A stretch of DNA of 64,000 nucleotides from an uncultured Spirochaetota bacterium (GTDB lineage Bacteria > Spirochaetota > Brevinematia > Brevinematales > JAOACQ01), in NCBI GenBank assembly GCA_963835575.1, contig CAWIGG010000002.1, positions 1,824,001-1,888,000 of the forward strand. The letters are read 5' to 3'. The stretch's first letter is position 1. Every line of letters begins with the position of its first letter. The translations under genes and the position numbers were made by a program. Of this stretch, positions 59,319 to 64,000 are shown one piece after another. Below the pieces are notes generated by a model. It saw only the letters and a list, made by a program, of their open reading frames with translations, searched no databases and was not told where the DNA came from.

Positions 59319-60737
59319 CTAATCATTCGAAAGAATAAATGCATCAATCGAATAATATAAATTCAGCCATTGACTGGTATATCCGGCGTTTGTGAATGGT
59401 ATGCATTCAATTCCGTTTGAGTCCGGACCGGCTATTTTCACATATCCGCCCGGTAAAAGAACTTCATTAAAGACCGGGATAATATTTGTAAAATCAGTAT
59501 CTTTCAGGCTGCTGTTTGTCAATTCCGTATAAAGATTATGATCCAGCAAGCCTCTCAATGTAAAATTAGTGTCTGAAAGCTTAAGACAATAAACACCTCC
59601 ATTTATGGCGCCTGTTACTGTATGATTATCATTGGTTGTATAAAAAACAGGGTCTCCGGCGCCGTCCAGTTCAACAAAAAGGCTTCTGAGCGATGGCGCA
59701 TTGTCCAGATATCTTCCCAGATTTATTTTTATACCCAATGAGTCGATCGTATTCGTCACATTTGAAACGACGGTCTGCAGATATAAAGCGACCGAATTGC
59801 CGTTGAGAGACGAACCCAGATTCGTGGCCAGATAACCTAAAATCTGCTGTAAATCAGCAGGCATACCTGATGGAATTAAATCCAGGTTCGTTTTGCTTAT
59901 TCGCATAGCTTCATATTGAATTAAAAATTGGTCCAATTTATCTGCGGCGCGGAGCAGATAGGTCTTTGCCGCGGCATATTTTGAAGCGTTCCTCAGCGTT
60001 CCGAAACCGGGCGTGCTGAAGGGGTTGTAAAATATGCTGTTTATGAATGACGGGGCCGGCATACCCTTGCCGTCATAGGCCATTAAATTTGTCATCATAT
60101 TGATCATATTGGGCATATTGACGTCCAGATTCTGCGCGTCCAGGAGGCTGGCCAGTCCCGCAAAAGCAGAGAGAATGACATCCGCAGCGTAAAATTCAAC
60201 CGCGTCGAATTTGATCAAATTCGTATTTGTTTCATGGTTTCCTGTTAAGAGTTCCCTGAAATGCAGGACATCGAAAATGATGCAGGCGTTTTCCGTCTCC
60301 AGAGCACTCAGTTTGGGCAGAATAAGGTCAACTCTTGTCAAAACTTCCGAATCCAAAAAATTCTGGATTGTGCTGACATTTTTAGAATTGAGATAATTCA
60401 GGAGTTGGTTCATATTTGTCGGAACTGTCGGCGCGTTCGTTTCAGTCATTTTCATTAAATCGACTATAGAATGCGGAAGACCGCTGACGCCGAAACCGGA
60501 CGCGAAAGAATGCACACCGGAATCCGCCATAAAGGCATTGGCCGTGTTGATGATAAAAATAAAATTGTCGTTGGATACGCCGCACTGATTAAGCTGGTCC
60601 TTGAATGAAGTTTCCTGCGGAGTTGAAGTATTTGAAGACTGCCCTGAAGACGGGCTGACGGCGCAGCCTGACAGCGCAAGTGCAAAGGCGATCATGAAGG
60701 CTAAAATAAGAGTTGAAAATACACTTTTTTTTCTCAT
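59319..60737 (-). CDS. Hypothetical lipoprotein
   Basis: Lipobox LSGC; Ser-rich linker; 472-aa ORF. Confidence 0.75.
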   Translation of the reverse strand: MRKKSVFSTLILAFMIAFALALSGCAVSPSSGQSSNTSTPQETSFKDQLNQCGVSNDNFIFIINTANAFMADSGVHSFASGFGVSGLPHSIVDLMKMTETNAPTVPTNMNQLLNYLNSKNVSTIQNFLDSEVLTRVDLILPKLSALETENACIIFDVLHFRELLTGNHETNTNLIKFDAVEFYAADVILSAFAGLASLLDAQNLDVNMPNMINMMTNLMAYDGKGMPAPSFINSIFYNPFSTPGFGTLRNASKYAAAKTYLLRAADKLDQFLIQYEAMRISKTNLDLIPSGMPADLQQILGYLATNLGSSLNGNSVALYLQTVVSNVTNTIDSLGIKINLGRYLDNAPSLRSLFVELDGAGDPVFYTTNDNHTVTGAINGGVYCLKLSDTNFTLRGLLDHNLYTELTNSSLKDTDFTNIIPVFNEVLLPGGYVKIAGPDSNGIECIPFTNAGYTSQWLNLYYSIDAFILSND

Positions 60738-60910
60738 ATAATCCCCCTATCCTTTTTTTATATTTTTATGAATTATTCAAATATAATCAACTTTAAAGGG
60801 ATTAAATATTTTTATGGGGAATTTGTATTTTCACCAGATTTTATATTATTTTATCATCAATTTATCAATAAAACAAATAAATCTATTTTTTATTATCAAT
60901 TCTGTTTCAA

Positions 60911-60938
60911 TTGACACCTTTTTAAAAAATTGTATAAT
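60911..60938 (+). promoter_or_regulatory. Sigma-70 promoter
   Basis: TTGACA-N16-TATAAT. Confidence 0.65.
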
Positions 60939-60987
60939 ATTACAGATTTAAAAATACTACTGTAATTTTTAAATTCCGGAGTGATTT

Positions 60988-61350
60988 ATGGAAGAAAGAA
61001 GGCAGGAAATACGCACAATCCTTGACTCAATGCCGGACAGCATGAAAAAGGTGGAAATAAAACCAGATGGAATGAAAAACTGTCCGGCCGTTACCGTTGA
61101 TATCAGCAGCATCGGGATGGCTTTTATGACAACCGGAAAACCGGAACGCAATCTGGAAATCGGCAGCCAGGTCGTCATTCACTTCAATGAGCCGAATTAC
61201 ACTTTAAAGGCTAACGTCGTCTATTCCTATCCTGTCCTTGATTCCTACAGCAGGATCGGCGTTCTCTTTAAAAAAGATAATGCCATCAAGCAGTTTTATA
61301 AGATGCTCGACAAAGCCATGGAAATGATCAACAGCGGAAAGAATAAATAA
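60988..61350 (+). CDS. PilZ-domain (c-di-GMP-binding) protein
   Basis: ERRQEIR (RxxxR) and DISSIG (DxSxxG). Confidence 0.85.
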   Translation: MEERRQEIRTILDSMPDSMKKVEIKPDGMKNCPAVTVDISSIGMAFMTTGKPERNLEIGSQVVIHFNEPNYTLKANVVYSYPVLDSYSRIGVLFKKDNAIKQFYKMLDKAMEMINSGKNK

Positions 61351-61373
61351 AAATTCATTTTTTTAAAAAATTT

Positions 61374-62390
61374 ATGGGGTCAATAATGATTAAAAACAGA
61401 ATCAGAATAGAATGGTTTACAGCGCTCATGTTTTTCACTCTCTCAGCGGCATGCGCAGGGGAACCTTCCATAATCAACAAATCTGATTTTATCCCGGATA
61501 ACGGCTGTTATACCGGGATTTTTACCGGCGGCGAAAGTATTGTCGCTGTTGAAAAAAGAATGAAGGTCAAATTCGCAATCAACATGGTGTTCTCTTCCTT
61601 CCAGACAGGCAATGAAAGCCTTCCACTCGGTTTTATTGAAGCAAACTGGGCTTTAGGCCATCTTTCCAGCTTTACTATTGAACCCCAGCTCTGGACTCTG
61701 CAGGAAATCATAGACGGAAAACATGACAATTCCTTTAAAAGATGGGCCGGAGACGCGGCCAAATTCGGCAAACCTATCATGATCCGCCCGATGCATGAAA
61801 TGAACGGCAACTGGTACGCATGGAGCGGCGTGAAAAACGGCGGAGGAGAGACAAAAGGCTACGGCGACCCGTCAAAGCCCGACGGCCCTGAAAGGTATGT
61901 CGACGCCTTCCGCCATATTCACAGGATCTTTGACGAGGCCGGCGCGGCGAATATCATCTGGGTATGGTGCCCGAACGACGATGTCGGCCAGAATGAGTGG
62001 AACGGCCCCTGGAACCGCATCGCCAATTACTACCCGGGCGATGAATACGTCGACTGGCTGGGAATGGATGTCTACAACTGGGGCGACGGCGCCGGATTTA
62101 TCTGGAGAGATTTTTCATCGATGTACTCGGGAATATATTATGATATGGAAGCGATCAATAAAGACAAACCGATGCTGATCGGCGAATTCGCCTCGGAAGA
62201 CGACGGCTCCCGAAAAGCAGGCTGGATGAAAGACGCCTTTTTTCAAATCAGGAACAATTTTAAAAGAATTAAAGCCTTTGTGTGGTTCAACATTTACAAG
62301 GAAAGAAAATGGCCCATCGATTCCAGCCCTGAATCGCTGAAAGCTTTCCAGGAAGCCATGAACGATCCCTATTTCAAAAAAGGATTTTAG
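61374..62390 (+). CDS. Glycoside hydrolase family 26 (mannanase/endoglucanase-like)
   Basis: IRPMHEMNGNWYAW, WVWCPN, YYPGDEYVDWLGMDVY, KPMLIGEF. Confidence 0.92.
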   Translation: MGSIMIKNRIRIEWFTALMFFTLSAACAGEPSIINKSDFIPDNGCYTGIFTGGESIVAVEKRMKVKFAINMVFSSFQTGNESLPLGFIEANWALGHLSSFTIEPQLWTLQEIIDGKHDNSFKRWAGDAAKFGKPIMIRPMHEMNGNWYAWSGVKNGGGETKGYGDPSKPDGPERYVDAFRHIHRIFDEAGAANIIWVWCPNDDVGQNEWNGPWNRIANYYPGDEYVDWLGMDVYNWGDGAGFIWRDFSSMYSGIYYDMEAINKDKPMLIGEFASEDDGSRKAGWMKDAFFQIRNNFKRIKAFVWFNIYKERKWPIDSSPESLKAFQEAMNDPYFKKGF

Positions 62391-62490
62391 ATATTAAAGT
62401 TTTTATATATTCAAAAAGATAAAGACTTACTAAATACGGACCTACTGTGAATAGCGATACAGCATATTGTTATATTAAGGGTTTGGGGTC

Positions 62491-62585
62491 AACCACGAAG
62501 AACGCGAAGCACACGAAGTTTATTTATTCTAGAGTCCAGACTCTTTCATGGATAGCAGCTTCGTACACTTCGTGCGCTTCGTGGT
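62491..62585. repeat. Inverted pair of 9-bp-periodic repeats
   Basis: aaccacgaagaacgcgaagcacacgaag ... cttcgtacacttcgtgcgcttcgtggt. Confidence 0.85.
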
Positions 62586-62629
62586 GTAAAAAACCGCTCA
62601 GTTTTGAAAAGAATCTCTGGAGGTTAAAA

Positions 62630-64000
62630 ATGAAGATTGTTTTTATATCCGTTTTTTTTCTTTTGACGCTATCCGCCTATTCCGCCGACTGGCCTATATA
62701 TAAGGGCAATCTTTACTTTACCGGCAATAACGATCAGATCATCGTGAAGAACAACAGCCTGAAGTGGCTATTCATGGCTTCTAATTACATCTTCAACCCG
62801 ATTGTTTCCGACGGCAGGGTCTATTTCTCCGATATGGACAAGATCGTATACTGCGTCGACGAGGAAACCGGCAGGCAGATCTGGAATCTGGACATGAAGG
62901 CCGTCTCCAGCCACTTTGCCGGTTCTGCCGGAGTGCCGGGCAAGGTCAAATACCCGATCATCCGCGGGAATTCCCTTTTTCTATCCGACGCGACGGCGAT
63001 CTACTGCCTGGACAAGACCAATGGAAGGATCCTCTGGGCCAGGGCCGGGCTGCAGGAAAACGAAAAGAAGGCCGCCGTCATCGACGGAATCTATGCCGAC
63101 CCCATTCTGTCCGGCGATAATCTCTATTACGGCACCAGAAAGAATTTCATCGCCCGCGAGGTCTATAACGGTCATGTTGTCTGGTCAAACCAGGAGATAG
63201 AAAGCTACAGCGGCTTTCCCACATATTACGACGATAAAATACTGGCGCAGTCCAGGGATTATAAGAACAATGCTTTCTTTATCCTCTGCCTGGACCAGTA
63301 TACGGGAAAAACTATCTGGAAAAAGCAGATCGACAATCCCCTCCAGATCTTTTCGCCGGTCGTTTACCAGGAAAAAGTCTTCATTCCGTCCGGTAAAAAG
63401 ATTTACTGTCTTTCTTTAACCGACGGCGCGATACTCTGGCAGAAGGAGTACGGGGATTACATCACATCCAATCCAAGCTTTACCGACAGGGAAGTGCTCC
63501 TCACGATCGGAAATCAGAGGATCGCCGTTTTAAATCCCGACACAGGTTCTGTCAATTATGAACTGGATTTCGGCGCGAGGTCCGCTCCTTATTATGTGAC
63601 GGTAAACGACCAGATCTACACGGCATTTAATTATAATAAGAACGTCGGCGGTAAGGATATCACATTCACTTCCGCCAGAGCTTACGCCTTCGGCGATAAC
63701 AAACCCATCTGGGAATTCCTGCCGCCTTTTCCCGGCAGCGCTTCCCAGCCGATCGCTTCCCGCGGGACATTATTCATCCCGGCGGGCAATTATCTTTACG
63801 CGATCGGCACCTATTACGACCGGCCTATTATTTTCGGAAATGACGGCAGCTCGACACTGGCTCCGGAGGAAAGCTCATCCGGAACGGCATCATCCGCGGC
63901 AATGCTGGCATTAGCGGATACTTCCTCATCCTCTGCTCAATCCTCAATTGAATGGAATGACAGTTCTGAAAAACAGTCCGTTTCAAGCGTTTCCTCATCA
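62630..64000 (+). CDS. Exported PQQ-like beta-propeller repeat protein (BamB-like); runs off the window end
   Basis: Not in the ORF track. GGAGG then ATG 62630: MKIVFISVFFLLTLSAYSADWPIYKGN...PIVSDGRVYF..YCVDEETGRQIW; Ser-rich linker at the window end. Confidence 0.85.
   Translation, partial: MKIVFISVFFLLTLSAYSADWPIYKGNLYFTGNNDQIIVKNNSLKWLFMASNYIFNPIVSDGRVYFSDMDKIVYCVDEETGRQIWNLDMKAVSSHFAGSAGVPGKVKYPIIRGNSLFLSDATAIYCLDKTNGRILWARAGLQENEKKAAVIDGIYADPILSGDNLYYGTRKNFIAREVYNGHVVWSNQEIESYSGFPTYYDDKILAQSRDYKNNAFFILCLDQYTGKTIWKKQIDNPLQIFSPVVYQEKVFIPSGKKIYCLSLTDGAILWQKEYGDYITSNPSFTDREVLLTIGNQRIAVLNPDTGSVNYELDFGARSAPYYVTVNDQIYTAFNYNKNVGGKDITFTSARAYAFGDNKPIWEFLPPFPGSASQPIASRGTLFIPAGNYLYAIGTYYDRPIIFGNDGSSTLAPEESSSGTASSAAMLALADTSSSSAQSSIEWNDSSEKQSVSSVSSS

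Overview
Bacterial chromosomal window of moderately low GC, most likely from a spirochete. That is an inference from a giant SpiroCoCo-like coiled-coil protein, many Ser/Gly-linker lipoproteins and a LacI-PAS-LuxR hybrid regulator. Contents in order: an ECF sigma/anti-sigma pair; a regulator followed by two GH8 lipoprotein paralogs with a near-identical ~270-bp upstream region; an FGE-sulfatase (CLec-fold) lipoprotein split by an IS1182 element; amtB-glnK; SRAP; housekeeping genes (serS, queH, purN, rseP, hisD, pyrF); PadR- and PaaX-type redox operons; a LolCDE-like ABC transporter; PilZ, GH26 and a PQQ-propeller protein. The strongest finding is a complete IS110-family element (31870-33338). 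Its CG core, 11-bp subterminal inverted repeats, circle-junction promoter and candidate bridge-RNA guides can be read from the sequence, and the guides match a REP-like repeat that also hosts a 99-bp MITE elsewhere in the window. Other highlights are a DGR-like variable region with no local reverse transcriptase, an unannotated leader-peptide attenuator, and several families of intergenic palindromes. No rRNA, tRNA or CRISPR array was seen.
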